Assembly (NCBI GenBank): GCA_964588985.1 | Contig: CAZPQW010000006.1 | Location: 32,001-96,000 of the forward strand | Length of the DNA stretch: 64,000 nucleotides | Source of the DNA: an uncultured Solirubrobacteraceae bacterium | GTDB taxonomy: Bacteria; Actinomycetota; Thermoleophilia; Solirubrobacterales; Solirubrobacteraceae | Direction: 5' to 3' | Part shown: piece by piece, positions 49,880-59,639 of the stretch | Layout of the letters: every line of letters begins with the position of its first letter | How positions within the stretch are numbered: the stretch's first letter is position 1 | Translations under genes and position numbers: made by a program | The notes under the pieces: model-generated | The model's database searches: none | Seen by the model: the letters and a program-made list of their open reading frames with translations, nothing else | What the model was told of the DNA's origin: nothing

Positions 49880-50089
49880 ATGGCCGTCCCCAAGAAAAAG
49901 CAATCGCACGCGCGCACCGCCCAGCGGCGCGCGCAGCACAAGATCGGCACGCCGTCGTTGAACGCGTGCCCGACGTGCCACAGCCCGCGCAGACCCCACC
50001 GTGTGTGCGGCGTGTGCGGCACGTATGCGGGCCGTGAGATCGTGACGCAGGGCGTGCACGAGCACGACCACGATCACGATCACGACTAG
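49880..50089 (+). CDS. rpmF: 50S ribosomal protein L32 with His/Asp tail
   Basis: MAVPKKKQS, CPTC, PHRVCGVCGTY. Confidence 0.95.
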   Translation: MAVPKKKQSHARTAQRRAQHKIGTPSLNACPTCHSPRRPHRVCGVCGTYAGREIVTQGVHEHDHDHDHD

Positions 50090-50095
50090 AGGGCA

Positions 50096-51184
50096 GTGAC
50101 GCCAGAGGTCTCGACCTCCTCGGCACCCTCCGTCGCGGCAGACGTGCGCTCGCCGGTGGTCGCGGTCGACTGCAACGGCGCCGATCTCGGCCCCGCGGAG
50201 GTGGCGGCGGGAGCGGCTCTGGCCGCGAGTCAGGGCGCGCGCGTGATCCTGTTCGGGCCGGCCGCGGAGTTGGGTGAGATGCCCGCTTGCGTGGAGGTGG
50301 TGGACGCGCCGGTGTCGATCGCGAAGGCGCAGGACCCGGTGAGCGCGGCTCGCGCGACGCCGGACGCGTCGATCGTGATGGCGGCGCGCGCGGTCGCGGA
50401 GGACCGGGCGCAGGCGCTGGTGTGCGCGGGCGGGACGGGGGCGGCGCTCGCGGCGGGGACGTTCAACATCAAGCGCGCGCGCGGCATCTACCGTCCGGCG
50501 CTCGCGATCCCGCTGCCCGTGCCCCACCATCCGGTGACACTGCTGGACGTGGGCGCGAACGCGGAGGCCAGGCGCGAGCACCTGGTGCAGTTCGCGTTCA
50601 TGGGCGCGGCGCTCGCGCGGACGGTGCTCGGCGTGGAGCGCCCGCGCGTGGGATTGCTATCGAACGGCGAGGAGGCGGCGCGCGGCAGCACGCTGGTGCT
50701 GGAGGCGCACGCGGAGCTCTCCGCGCAGGACGGCGCGGCGTTCGAGTTCGTCGGCAACGTGGAGGGCGGCGACGTGATGGCGGGCGTGGCGGATGTGATC
50801 GTGACCGACGGCCTGACGGGCAACATCGCGCTGAAGCTGATGGAGGCGGTCTCTCAGACGATGCTCGGCGCGGTGCGCGAGGCAGCGATGTCGTCAACGC
50901 GCGCGAAGCTCGGCGGGATGCTGCTGCGCCCGGCGCTGCGCGGCTTTCGCGACGAGATCGACCCGGAAGCGAACGGCGGCGCGTACCTGCTAGGCCTGCG
51001 CAGGCTCGGGGTCGTGCCGCACGGGCGCTTCACGCGCGTCGGCTTCGCCCAGGCGATCCTGCGCGCGCAGCGCGGCGCGGCCGAGGACATCGTCGGGCAG
51101 ACCCACCGAGCGCTCGAGGAGGCGGGAGCGCTGCGCCGGGCGCCGGTGTCCGCGCCGGACGCTAGCCTGCCGCGCACAGGATGA
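50096..51184 (+). CDS. plsX: Phosphate acyltransferase PlsX
   Basis: RPALA, LDVGANAE, GLLSNGEE, GNVEG, DGLTGNIALK. Confidence 0.88.
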   Translation: MTPEVSTSSAPSVAADVRSPVVAVDCNGADLGPAEVAAGAALAASQGARVILFGPAAELGEMPACVEVVDAPVSIAKAQDPVSAARATPDASIVMAARAVAEDRAQALVCAGGTGAALAAGTFNIKRARGIYRPALAIPLPVPHHPVTLLDVGANAEARREHLVQFAFMGAALARTVLGVERPRVGLLSNGEEAARGSTLVLEAHAELSAQDGAAFEFVGNVEGGDVMAGVADVIVTDGLTGNIALKLMEAVSQTMLGAVREAAMSSTRAKLGGMLLRPALRGFRDEIDPEANGGAYLLGLRRLGVVPHGRFTRVGFAQAILRAQRGAAEDIVGQTHRALEEAGALRRAPVSAPDASLPRTG

Positions 51185-51453
51185 CCCAGGCACCCTCTCG
51201 CGAGCAGATATTCGCGCTCATCCAGGCCCACTTGGCGGACGAGCTCGACATCGATCAGGACAAGATCGACCCCGGCACCCGCTTCAAGGAGGACCTCGAG
51301 GCGGACTCGCTGGACCTCTACACGCTCGTGCAGGAGCTCGAGGACACCTACGGCGTGAGCATGTCCGACGAGCAGGCCGCGAAGATCCTGACCGTCGAGC
51401 AGGCGGTGGATTTCGTGATGACGCACGCGGGGACCACAGATGCGGGGCGATGA
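51181..51453 (+). CDS. acpP: Acyl carrier protein
   Basis: DLEADSLD, LEDTYG, TVEQAVD. Confidence 0.92.
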   Translation: MTQAPSREQIFALIQAHLADELDIDQDKIDPGTRFKEDLEADSLDLYTLVQELEDTYGVSMSDEQAAKILTVEQAVDFVMTHAGTTDAGR

Positions 51454-52124
51454 TGCTGCTGGGCGAGCTGCTCGACGAACTGCCGGCGGACCTTGCGCGC
51501 CAGGTGGTCACGCACGCGTCGTGGAGCGAGCGGCGCAGCGACTCCTACGCGCGTCTGGCGTTCCTCGGCGACAGCGTGCTGTCGCTGGCGGTGACGACGT
51601 ACCTGTATCCGCGGCTGGAGGCCGAGCGCTTCGGTGCGGGGCGCCTGACGAAGATCCGCGCGCAGGCGGTCTCCGGGGTCTCCTGCAGGGCGGTGGCGGA
51701 ACGTCTGGGGATCCCCGCGCGGCTGCGCGCGGCGGCGCCGGAGAGCGTGCGGGAGAACGCGGCCGCGCTGGTGGGGACCGAGCGGGTGCTCGCGTCGGTG
51801 ATCGAGGCGGTGATCGGCGCGGTGTACCTGCACGCGGGCTACGAGCGCACGGCGGAGGCTGTGGTGGAGGCGTTCGTGCCGGAGATCGAGCGGGCGTTGG
51901 ATCACCCGGTGGACTTCAAGTCGGCGCTGCAGGAGCTGCTGGCGCGTCGCGGCGAGGAGGTCGAGTACGAGGTGACGGGCGAGGACGGCCCGCCGCACGA
52001 GCGCACCTACACGGTGCTCGCGCGCGTCGACGGGCGCGAGCTGGGCAGCGGCAGTGGGCGCTCCAAGAAGCACGCCGAGCAGGAGGCAGCGAAGGCGGCC
52101 GTGAGCAAGCTGGGCACGGAATGA
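51450..52124 (+). CDS. rnc: Ribonuclease III with degenerate catalytic signature
   Basis: THAS, ARLAFLGDSVL, ASVIEAVIGA; dsRBD DFKSALQE...GRSKKHAEQEAA. Confidence 0.88.
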   Translation: MMLLGELLDELPADLARQVVTHASWSERRSDSYARLAFLGDSVLSLAVTTYLYPRLEAERFGAGRLTKIRAQAVSGVSCRAVAERLGIPARLRAAAPESVRENAAALVGTERVLASVIEAVIGAVYLHAGYERTAEAVVEAFVPEIERALDHPVDFKSALQELLARRGEEVEYEVTGEDGPPHERTYTVLARVDGRELGSGSGRSKKHAEQEAAKAAVSKLGTE

Positions 52125-52143
52125 CCCGCATGGAGGTGCTCGC

Positions 52144-55100
52144 ATGCGCCTGAAGTCGCTGACCCTGACGGGCTTCAAGTCGTTCCCGGACCGCACACGG
52201 CTGGACTTCGGGCCCGGCGTGAGCGTGGTGGTGGGGCCGAACGGCTCGGGCAAGTCGAACGTGACCGACGCGGTGCTGTGGGCGATGGGCGAGCAGTCGC
52301 CGCTGGCGATCCGCGGCCAGTCGATGCAGGACGTGATCTTCGGCGGCGGCCGCGGCGTGCAGGCTCGCAGCGCGGCGGAAGTGGAGATCGTGCTCGACAA
52401 CTCCGACGGCACGGTCGACCTGCCGCTGAGCGAGATCTCGATCGTGCGGCGCCTGGACCGCAACGGCGAGGGCGGCTACAAGCTCAACGGCGCGCGCTGC
52501 CGACTGACGGACGTGATCGAGGTGCTCTCCGACACGGGCCTCGGCAAGGAGACCCACTCGGTGATCTCGCAGGGACGCGTGGACGCGATCGTGACGTCCA
52601 AGCCGCGCGACCGACGGCTGCTGATCGAGGAGGCGGCGGGCCTGGGCAAGCACCGCAAGCGCCGCCGCCGCGCACAGCTGAAGCTCGAGCACACGCAGGA
52701 GAACCTCGACCGGGCGCTGGACATCGAGCGCGAGGCGCGCACGCGCCTGCGTCCGCTGAAGCGCCAGGCCGAAGCGGCGGAGCTGCACGAGCGCCTCGAG
52801 CACCAGATCCTGCAGGCGCGCTGGGAGCTGGCCCGCGACACCGCGCGCACGCGGGCGCTGGAGCTGGCGGGCGCGGAGGCGCTCGTGACCGAGGCCCGCA
52901 GCACCCGCGCGGAGATCGAGGCGCGTCTGACGCAGACGATCGAGCGACGCGGCGAGGCCGAGCGCGCGCTGTCCGAGCGCTCCGAGCGCCACGACGCGCT
53001 CTCGCGACGTGTGTACGAGGCGCGCTCGGCGCACGAGCGCCTGGGGCTGCGCGGCGAGCAGGCGAGCGCGAGCGCGCAGACGCTGACGCGGCGGATCGAG
53101 CGGATCGAGCGGGAGCTGGCGGGTCTGGAGCAGCCGGGCGCGGAGGACTCGCAGGACGGCTTCACGGCGGCGGGCGCGGAGCGGATCGCGGCGCTGGAAG
53201 CGCAGCTGGCGGAGATCGAGAGCAGCCGCGAGCAGGAGATCGAGCGCGAGGTCGCCGAGCTGGAGGGCGCGCGCGAGCGCGAGCAGGCGCTCGTACAGCA
53301 GCTCGAAGGCGAGGTCGAGCAGGCGCGGGCGGCTCGCAAGCAGGCCGACGAGGAGGCCGAGGGCGCACGCGAGCGCCTCGCGGCCGCCGAGCGAACCGTG
53401 CAGGAGGCCCGTCGTGAGGCGGCGCGCGTGGGCGCGGAGCTTGCGGCGGCGAACCAGTTCCTGCGCAGCCACACGCACATCGCGGGCGACCAGGCCGGGC
53501 GGCCGAAGGCGCTGAGCGAGGAGCTGCGCGTGCAGGACGGCTTCGAGCTGGCGCTGGCGGCGGCGCTCGGCGGCAGGCTCGACGCGGCGCTCGTGGAGGA
53601 CGTGGCGGGAGCCGAGGCGCTGCTCGACCGCTCGGGGCCCGACGGCGGCACGGCGCTGCTGGCCGACCGCGCCGCAACGGCAGGCGACGAGTCGTCCGCG
53701 GGGGACGCCGACGCGCCCGCACCCGGCGCGCAGCGACTGCTGGAGCTGGTGAGCGGACCCGAGGAGGTCCTGGGGCTCGCGCGACGTCTGCTGGCGGACG
53801 CGTGGGTGGTGGAGCGCCTGGAGGATCTGCCGGAGGACTTCGCGGGGATAGCGGCGACGCGTCAGGGGCGCGTTTGGTTCGGCTCCTGGGGCGAGGTGCG
53901 CCAGCTGAGCGAGGGCGGAACCGAGCGCGTGCTGGCGAGACGCAACGAACGCGACCGGCTGATCGCGTCCTCGGAGCAGGCGGCGCAGGCCGAGCACGCC
54001 GCTCGCGGAGCGTGTGATGAGGCGATCGAGCAGGTGCGCCTCGCCGAAGAGGCTCGCGGCGCCGGGGATCGCGATCTGCGTGAAGCCGAGCGTCGCCAGT
54101 CGGAGGCCGCGGAGGCGCGGCGCCGGACGGAGTGGCTGATCGAGCAGCGCAGGGCCGCGCCGGCGGACGGGCCGCTGGCGGTCCGCAAGGCCGAGCTGGA
54201 GGGCGAGCTGGCCTCAGAGCGCAGGCAGGTAGAGCGCCTGGAGCGCGAACGGGTCGAGCGCCTCAGCCGCGTCGAGCGGTTGCGCGCGCAGCTCGCCGCG
54301 GACACGGCCGCGGTGCCGCGCGCCCAGCGCCTTTTGGCTGTGCTGGCGCTGGCGGCTGAGGCTGTGAGCGTCCGTCGTGCGGCGGTCGAGCAGGAGCTCG
54401 CGGCCGACCGTGAGGCGGGCGAGAAGATGGCGGCGGAGCTGCGCGCGTGCGCCGCGCAGGAGGCCGAGATCCAGTCGGCGCTGCGGGCGGCGGGCGAGAC
54501 GGTGACCGACGCGGAGGTCGCGGCGCAGCGCCTGCGCGATCAGGTCGCGGAGATCGAGCTGGAGCTGGCGAGCGTGATCGAGCGTCTCGGCAAGCCCGAG
54601 GAGCAGGAGCAGGAGTCACAGCCGCTCGGCGAGGAGGAGATCGCGTCGCTGAAAGCTCGCGTGGAGCGCCTGGAGCGCAGGCGCGAGCAGCTCGGCCCGG
54701 TGAACCCGCTCGCGCAGGAGGAGTACGCGGAGGCGCTCGCGCACGTCGAGGAGCTCGAGCGCCAGCGCACCGACCTGGAGACGGCGCTGCGCGAGCTGCG
54801 CTCGGTGATCCGCGAAACCGACCGCCAGATCCAGGAGACCTTCGAGGAGACCTTCGAGGCCGCGGCGCGCAACTTCGAGGAGCTGGTGGGCGACGTGTTC
54901 CCGGGCGGCAGCGGACGGCTGCGGCTGGTGAGCGAAGAGCAGGCGCCGCGTCCGGTGCTCGGCGGCCAGCCGCTGCCCGAGGGCGAAACGGACGAGGACG
55001 CGGTCGAGGCGGCGGCGGAGGCGGAGGCCGAGGCGGAGCTGAACGGGCAGGAGGAGCAGCTGCCGGGAGTGGAGATAGAAATCACGCCCGCGGGCAAGTC

Positions 55101-55461
55101 GACGAAGCGCCTGACGCTGCTCTCCGGCGGGGAGAAGTCGATGACCGCGCTGGCGTTCCTGTTCGCGGTGTTCCTCGCGCGTCCGTGCCCCTTCTACATC
55201 ATGGACGAGGTCGAGGCGGCGCTCGACGACCTCAACCTCGACCGCTTCCTGGCTCTGCTGCGCCGCTACGCCAACCGCGCGCAGTTCATCGTGATCACTC
55301 ACCAGAAGCGCACGATGGAGGCGGCGGACTACCTCTACGGCGTCTCGATGGGCCTCGACGGCGTTTCGAAGGTGATCTCCAGGCGCCTGCCGCCCGAGCA
55401 GCAGGCCGAGGCCGACGCGGAGAGCAACGCCGAGGCGCCGGAAGTGGCCGAGGTCGCTTAG
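52144..55461 (+). CDS. smc: Chromosome segregation protein SMC
   Basis: GFKSF, GPNGSGKSN, coiled coils, LSGGEK, DEVEAALD, ITH. Confidence 0.93.
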   Translation: MRLKSLTLTGFKSFPDRTRLDFGPGVSVVVGPNGSGKSNVTDAVLWAMGEQSPLAIRGQSMQDVIFGGGRGVQARSAAEVEIVLDNSDGTVDLPLSEISIVRRLDRNGEGGYKLNGARCRLTDVIEVLSDTGLGKETHSVISQGRVDAIVTSKPRDRRLLIEEAAGLGKHRKRRRRAQLKLEHTQENLDRALDIEREARTRLRPLKRQAEAAELHERLEHQILQARWELARDTARTRALELAGAEALVTEARSTRAEIEARLTQTIERRGEAERALSERSERHDALSRRVYEARSAHERLGLRGEQASASAQTLTRRIERIERELAGLEQPGAEDSQDGFTAAGAERIAALEAQLAEIESSREQEIEREVAELEGAREREQALVQQLEGEVEQARAARKQADEEAEGARERLAAAERTVQEARREAARVGAELAAANQFLRSHTHIAGDQAGRPKALSEELRVQDGFELALAAALGGRLDAALVEDVAGAEALLDRSGPDGGTALLADRAATAGDESSAGDADAPAPGAQRLLELVSGPEEVLGLARRLLADAWVVERLEDLPEDFAGIAATRQGRVWFGSWGEVRQLSEGGTERVLARRNERDRLIASSEQAAQAEHAARGACDEAIEQVRLAEEARGAGDRDLREAERRQSEAAEARRRTEWLIEQRRAAPADGPLAVRKAELEGELASERRQVERLERERVERLSRVERLRAQLAADTAAVPRAQRLLAVLALAAEAVSVRRAAVEQELAADREAGEKMAAELRACAAQEAEIQSALRAAGETVTDAEVAAQRLRDQVAEIELELASVIERLGKPEEQEQESQPLGEEEIASLKARVERLERRREQLGPVNPLAQEEYAEALAHVEELERQRTDLETALRELRSVIRETDRQIQETFEETFEAAARNFEELVGDVFPGGSGRLRLVSEEQAPRPVLGGQPLPEGETDEDAVEAAAEAEAEAELNGQEEQLPGVEIEITPAGKSTKRLTLLSGGEKSMTALAFLFAVFLARPCPFYIMDEVEAALDDLNLDRFLALLRRYANRAQFIVITHQKRTMEAADYLYGVSMGLDGVSKVISRRLPPEQQAEADAESNAEAPEVAEVA

Positions 55462-55489
55462 CGCTCAGGCGCTGTTACAGTCGCGCCCC

Positions 55490-56500
55490 GTGGCGCGCGA
55501 CTGGAGCGATCTGTTCATCACCGCCGATGCCGGCGACACCCTCGCGGTAGGACAGGACGCGGGCGAGCGGGAGAGCGGACGAAAAAGGGGCGGCCTATTC
55601 AGGCGGCTGCGCGAGAGCATGGCGAAGACCCGTCAGGCGCTCGGCTCGGAGATCCAGGCGACGCTGTTCGGCGAGCTGGACGAGCAGACGTGGGAACGGC
55701 TGGAGGAGGCGCTGATCATGGCCGACGTGGGCGCGAGCACGACCGCGTCGGTGGTCGCGACGCTCGAGGCCGAGGCGACGTCGGGCCAGCTGGAGGGCGG
55801 CGAGGCGTTGAGCGAGCGGTTGATCGGACTGCTGGCAGAGACCGCGGACGTGGGGGAGTGGCGGATCGACGTGCGCGCGAAGCCGACGGTGATCATGGCG
55901 GTGGGCGTGAACGGCACCGGCAAGACGACGACGATCGGCAAGCTCGCGTGGCACCTGCACAACGAGCTCGGCTACACAGTCCTCCTCGGAGCGGCGGACA
56001 CGTTTCGCGCGGCCGCGAGCGAGCAGCTCGAAGGGTGGGCGCAGCGCGCGGGCTGCGAGATCGTGACGGGGCCGGAGGGGTCGGACCCCGGAGCGGTCGC
56101 GTTCGAGGCGATCGCGCAGGCGCGCAGCAAAGAAGTGGACGTGGTGATCATCGACACCGCCGGGCGCCTACACACCCAGGACGACCTGATGGGCGAGCTC
56201 GGCAAGGTGCGGCGCGTGATCTCACGCCAGCTCGAGGGCGCCCCCCACGAGACGCTGCTGACGATCGACTCGACGACCGGGCAGAACGGCCTGCGCCAGG
56301 CGCGGCTGTTCGCGCAGACCGCGGATGTGAGCGGCGTGGTGCTGACGAAGCTCGACGGAACCGCCCGCGGCGGCATCGCGCTGGCGATCGCGCGCGAGCT
56401 CGATCTGCCGGTGAAGCTGATCGGCGTGGGCGAGGCGCTGGAGGATCTGCGCCCGTTCGATCCGCGGGAGTTCGCGCGCGCTTTGATCGCGGAGAGCTAA
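55490..56500 (+). CDS. ftsY: SRP receptor FtsY
   Basis: GVNGTGKTT, DTFRAAA, DTAGR, TKLDGTARGG. Confidence 0.95.
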   Translation: MARDWSDLFITADAGDTLAVGQDAGERESGRKRGGLFRRLRESMAKTRQALGSEIQATLFGELDEQTWERLEEALIMADVGASTTASVVATLEAEATSGQLEGGEALSERLIGLLAETADVGEWRIDVRAKPTVIMAVGVNGTGKTTTIGKLAWHLHNELGYTVLLGAADTFRAAASEQLEGWAQRAGCEIVTGPEGSDPGAVAFEAIAQARSKEVDVVIIDTAGRLHTQDDLMGELGKVRRVISRQLEGAPHETLLTIDSTTGQNGLRQARLFAQTADVSGVVLTKLDGTARGGIALAIARELDLPVKLIGVGEALEDLRPFDPREFARALIAES

Positions 56501-56510
56501 CCTCCCTCCT

Positions 56511-56945
56511 ATGGACTGGTGGATCCTGTGGTTGGTCGCGGCCTGCATCCTCGGTATCGGGGAGATGCACCAGGGCGGGCTGTACCTGCTGCCGTTCGCT
56601 GTCGGGGCGGCGCTGGCGGGCGCGGTGAGCGTCCTCGGCGTGAGCGCTGGGCTGTCGGCGATCATGTTCGTGGCCACCTCCGCGGTCGTCGTCGGCGCGC
56701 TGCGCCCGGTGGCGCAGCGCCACCGCCAGCTGCCCCCCTCGATCAGGACGGGCGCGGCGGCGCTGGTGGGCAAGCGCGCGACGGTGCTCGAGCGGATCGC
56801 CAACGACGAGGGCGTGGGCTGCGTGCGGATCGAGGGCGGCGAGGTGTGGACCGCCCGCAGCTACGACGAGGACGAGGTGATCGACGCGGGCGAGCGCGTC
56901 GAGGTGGTGGAGATTCGCGGCGCGACCGCTCTGGTGATGCATTGA
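56511..56945 (+). CDS. Short NfeD-family membrane protein
   Basis: TM helices plus OB-like GEVWTARS...VEVVEIRGATALV. Confidence 0.85.
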   Translation: MDWWILWLVAACILGIGEMHQGGLYLLPFAVGAALAGAVSVLGVSAGLSAIMFVATSAVVVGALRPVAQRHRQLPPSIRTGAAALVGKRATVLERIANDEGVGCVRIEGGEVWTARSYDEDEVIDAGERVEVVEIRGATALVMH

Positions 56946-57004
56946 GCCGTCTGTCGCCCAGCGGGTAGGCTCTGCGAAGCAGTCAATAGAAAGGAACCCG
57001 TCAC

Positions 57005-57925
57005 ATGGCCGGCCTGATCGTCCTCGCAGTGATCGTCGTGTTCGCGCTGTTCGTCGCCGCGCGCGCCATCCGCGTGATCCCGCAGGCACGCGCCGGGGTG
57101 GTGGAGCGCCTTGGCCGCTACAGCCGCACACTCGAGCCGGGGCTGACGATCGTGACGCCGTTCATCGACCGCGTGAAGCCGCTGGTGGACCTGCGCGAGC
57201 AGGTGGTGAACTTCTCGCCGCAGTCGGTGATCACCGAAGACAACGTGGTGGTGGGGATCGAGACGGTGCTGTATTTCACGATCACCGACCCGAAGTCCGC
57301 GACGTATGAAATCGCGAACCCGCTGCAGGCGATCGAGCAGCTGACGGTGACGACGCTGAGGAACGTGATCGGCGGGCTCTCGCTCGAGGCGACGCTGACG
57401 GCGCGCGAGAACGTCAACACAGAGCTGCGCGTGGTGCTCGACGAGGCGACCGGCAAGTGGGGCATCCGCATCAACCGCGTGGAGATCAAGTCGGTCGACC
57501 CGCCGGCGGACATCCGCACGGCGATGGAGAAGCAGATGCGCGCCGAGCGCGACCGGCGCGCGGCGATCCTCACCGCGGAAGGCGAAAAGCAGGCGCAGAT
57601 CCTCACCGCGGAGGGCGCCAAGACGGCCGCGATCCTCACCGCGGAGGGCGAGCGCCAGGCGGCGATCCTGCGCGCGGAGGGCGAAGCGAAGGCGATCGAC
57701 ACGGTGTTCAGCGCGATCCACGAGGGCAAGCCGGACCGTGCGCTTTTGAGCTACGAATACCTGCAGATGCTCCCGCAGCTCGCCGAAGGCGACGCGAACA
57801 AGGTGTTCGTTGTGCCGTCGGAGTTCGCGGAGGCGTTTGGCGGCATCGGCGAGGCGCTCAAGCGCGGCGCGGAGAAGGACACGGGCGGATCCGCAGACGC
57901 GTTGCCACCGGCGCCCGCCAGCTGA
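57005..57925 (+). CDS. SPFH/band 7 stomatin-like protein
   Basis: VVERLGRY, ITEDNV, WGIRINRVEI, QMRAERDRRA, four 11-aa AILTAEG repeats. Confidence 0.9.
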   Translation: MAGLIVLAVIVVFALFVAARAIRVIPQARAGVVERLGRYSRTLEPGLTIVTPFIDRVKPLVDLREQVVNFSPQSVITEDNVVVGIETVLYFTITDPKSATYEIANPLQAIEQLTVTTLRNVIGGLSLEATLTARENVNTELRVVLDEATGKWGIRINRVEIKSVDPPADIRTAMEKQMRAERDRRAAILTAEGEKQAQILTAEGAKTAAILTAEGERQAAILRAEGEAKAIDTVFSAIHEGKPDRALLSYEYLQMLPQLAEGDANKVFVVPSEFAEAFGGIGEALKRGAEKDTGGSADALPPAPAS

Positions 57926-57990
57926 GCCTGAGCAGCCCGACCGCCGTCGTGCCGTAGGTTCGGCGCGGCGGCTGCGAGAATCAACCGGCG

Positions 57991-59325
57991 ATGTTCGACT
58001 CCCTCGCAGAGAAACTCCAGACGACGCTCGCGGACGTGCGCCAGCGCGGCACGCTGACCGAGCAGGACGTCGACGCGGCGATGCGCGAGATCCGCCTCGC
58101 GCTGCTCGAGGCGGACGTGAACTTCAAGGTGGTTCGGCAGTTCACCTCGCAGCTGAAGGAGCGCTGCATGGGCGCGGAGGTGGTCGGCAAGCTCAACCCC
58201 GGCCATCAGGTGGTGAAGATCGTCGGCGAGGAGCTGACCGCGCTGATGGGCGGCGCGTCGGGAGGGCTGAGCTTCTCTCCGCGTCCGCCGACGGTGATCC
58301 TGATGGCGGGTCTGCAGGGCTCGGGCAAGACGACGGCGACGGCGAAGCTCGCGCGCTACCTGCGCGAGGAGCACTCCTCGACGGTCGCGGTGGCGGCGTG
58401 CGACGTATACCGCCCCGCGGCGGTCGACCAGCTCGTGAAGGTCGGCGCGCAGGCCGGGGCGGAGGTTTACGAGCAGGGCACCGACCGCGACCCGGTGGAG
58501 ATCGCGAAGTGGGCGCTCGAGCGCGCGAAGACGGAGGGCAAGGATGTGCTGATCGTCGACACGAGCGGGCGCCTGCACGTGGACGAGCAGCTGATGGCGG
58601 AGCTGGTGCGGATCCGCGACGCGGTCAAACCGCACAACGTGCTGCTGGTGGTCGACGCGATGACCGGCCAGGACGCGGTGAACGTGGCGGAGAGCTTCGC
58701 CGAGGCGGTGCAGTTCGACGGGGTGGTGATGAGCAAGCTCGACGGCGACGCGCGCGGCGGCGCGGCGCTGTCGGTGAAGGCGGTGACGGGCAAGCCGATC
58801 ATGTTCGCCTCCACGGGCGAGAAGCTCGACCAGTTCGAGCGCTTCCACCCCGACCGGATGGCGCAGCGGATCCTCGGGATGGGCGACGTGATGAGCCTGA
58901 TCGAGAAGGCCGAGCGCCAGTTCGACGAGGACGACGCGCTCGCGCTGGAGCGCAAGATGCGCCGCAACGAATTCGGCCTCGACGACTTCCTCTCGCAGCT
59001 GAAGACGATCCGCAAAATGGGGCCGCTGACGAGCATCCTCGGGATGATCCCCGGCTTCGCGGGCCACCAGCTGCAGAACATGAAGGTCGACGAGCGCGAG
59101 CTCGACCGCATCCAGGCGATCATCCTGTCGATGACACCGGAGGAGCGACGCCACCCGGAGCTGATCAAGGGCTCGCGCCGTCTGCGGATCGCCAAAGGCT
59201 CGGGCACGAACGTCCAGCAGGTCAACAAACTCGTCAAGCAGTTCGGGCAGATGCGCAAGGTTATGCGCCAGATGGGGCGCGGCAAGATGCCCGACATCGG
59301 CGCCCTGATGCGCGGCGCGCGCTGA
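57991..59325 (+). CDS. ffh: Signal recognition particle protein Ffh
   Basis: GLQGSGKTT, DVYRPAA, DTSGR, KLDGDARGG, RIAKGSG. Confidence 0.97.
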   Translation: MFDSLAEKLQTTLADVRQRGTLTEQDVDAAMREIRLALLEADVNFKVVRQFTSQLKERCMGAEVVGKLNPGHQVVKIVGEELTALMGGASGGLSFSPRPPTVILMAGLQGSGKTTATAKLARYLREEHSSTVAVAACDVYRPAAVDQLVKVGAQAGAEVYEQGTDRDPVEIAKWALERAKTEGKDVLIVDTSGRLHVDEQLMAELVRIRDAVKPHNVLLVVDAMTGQDAVNVAESFAEAVQFDGVVMSKLDGDARGGAALSVKAVTGKPIMFASTGEKLDQFERFHPDRMAQRILGMGDVMSLIEKAERQFDEDDALALERKMRRNEFGLDDFLSQLKTIRKMGPLTSILGMIPGFAGHQLQNMKVDERELDRIQAIILSMTPEERRHPELIKGSRRLRIAKGSGTNVQQVNKLVKQFGQMRKVMRQMGRGKMPDIGALMRGAR

Positions 59326-59372
59326 AGCGGCTAAGCTCTGTCGCAGCTTTTGTCAATGATCGAGAGGAATAA

Positions 59373-59615
59373 GTGTCGGTAAGGCTCAGGCTCACCCGAG
59401 TGGGCGGCAAGAAGGACCCGATATGGCGTGTGGTCGTCGCAGACCAGCGCTCCCCCCGCGATGGGCGCGTGATCGAGACGATCGGCCACTACAACGCGCA
59501 GACGGAGCCGTCGACGATCGTGATCGACGGGGATCGCGCTCGCAGCTGGCTCGCCCGTGGCGCGCAGCCTTCGAACACCGTAAAGAAGCTGCTCCGCATC
59601 CAGGGCATCGCCTAG
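59373..59615 (+). CDS. rpsP: 30S ribosomal protein S16
   Basis: RLRLTRVG, SPRDGRVIE, GAQPSNTV. Confidence 0.95.
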   Translation: MSVRLRLTRVGGKKDPIWRVVVADQRSPRDGRVIETIGHYNAQTEPSTIVIDGDRARSWLARGAQPSNTVKKLLRIQGIA

Positions 59616-59639
59616 GACCACGGTCCTGGGGAGTCGTAG

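Noticed and set aside
12740-59372. Many long alternative-frame and antisense ORFs (e.g. 13797-15608, 19473-21233, 40010-42427, 51916-53997)
   Set aside because: These are shadow ORFs expected at ~70% GC. They overlap well-identified genes, are Arg/Ala/Pro-rich, and show no motifs.
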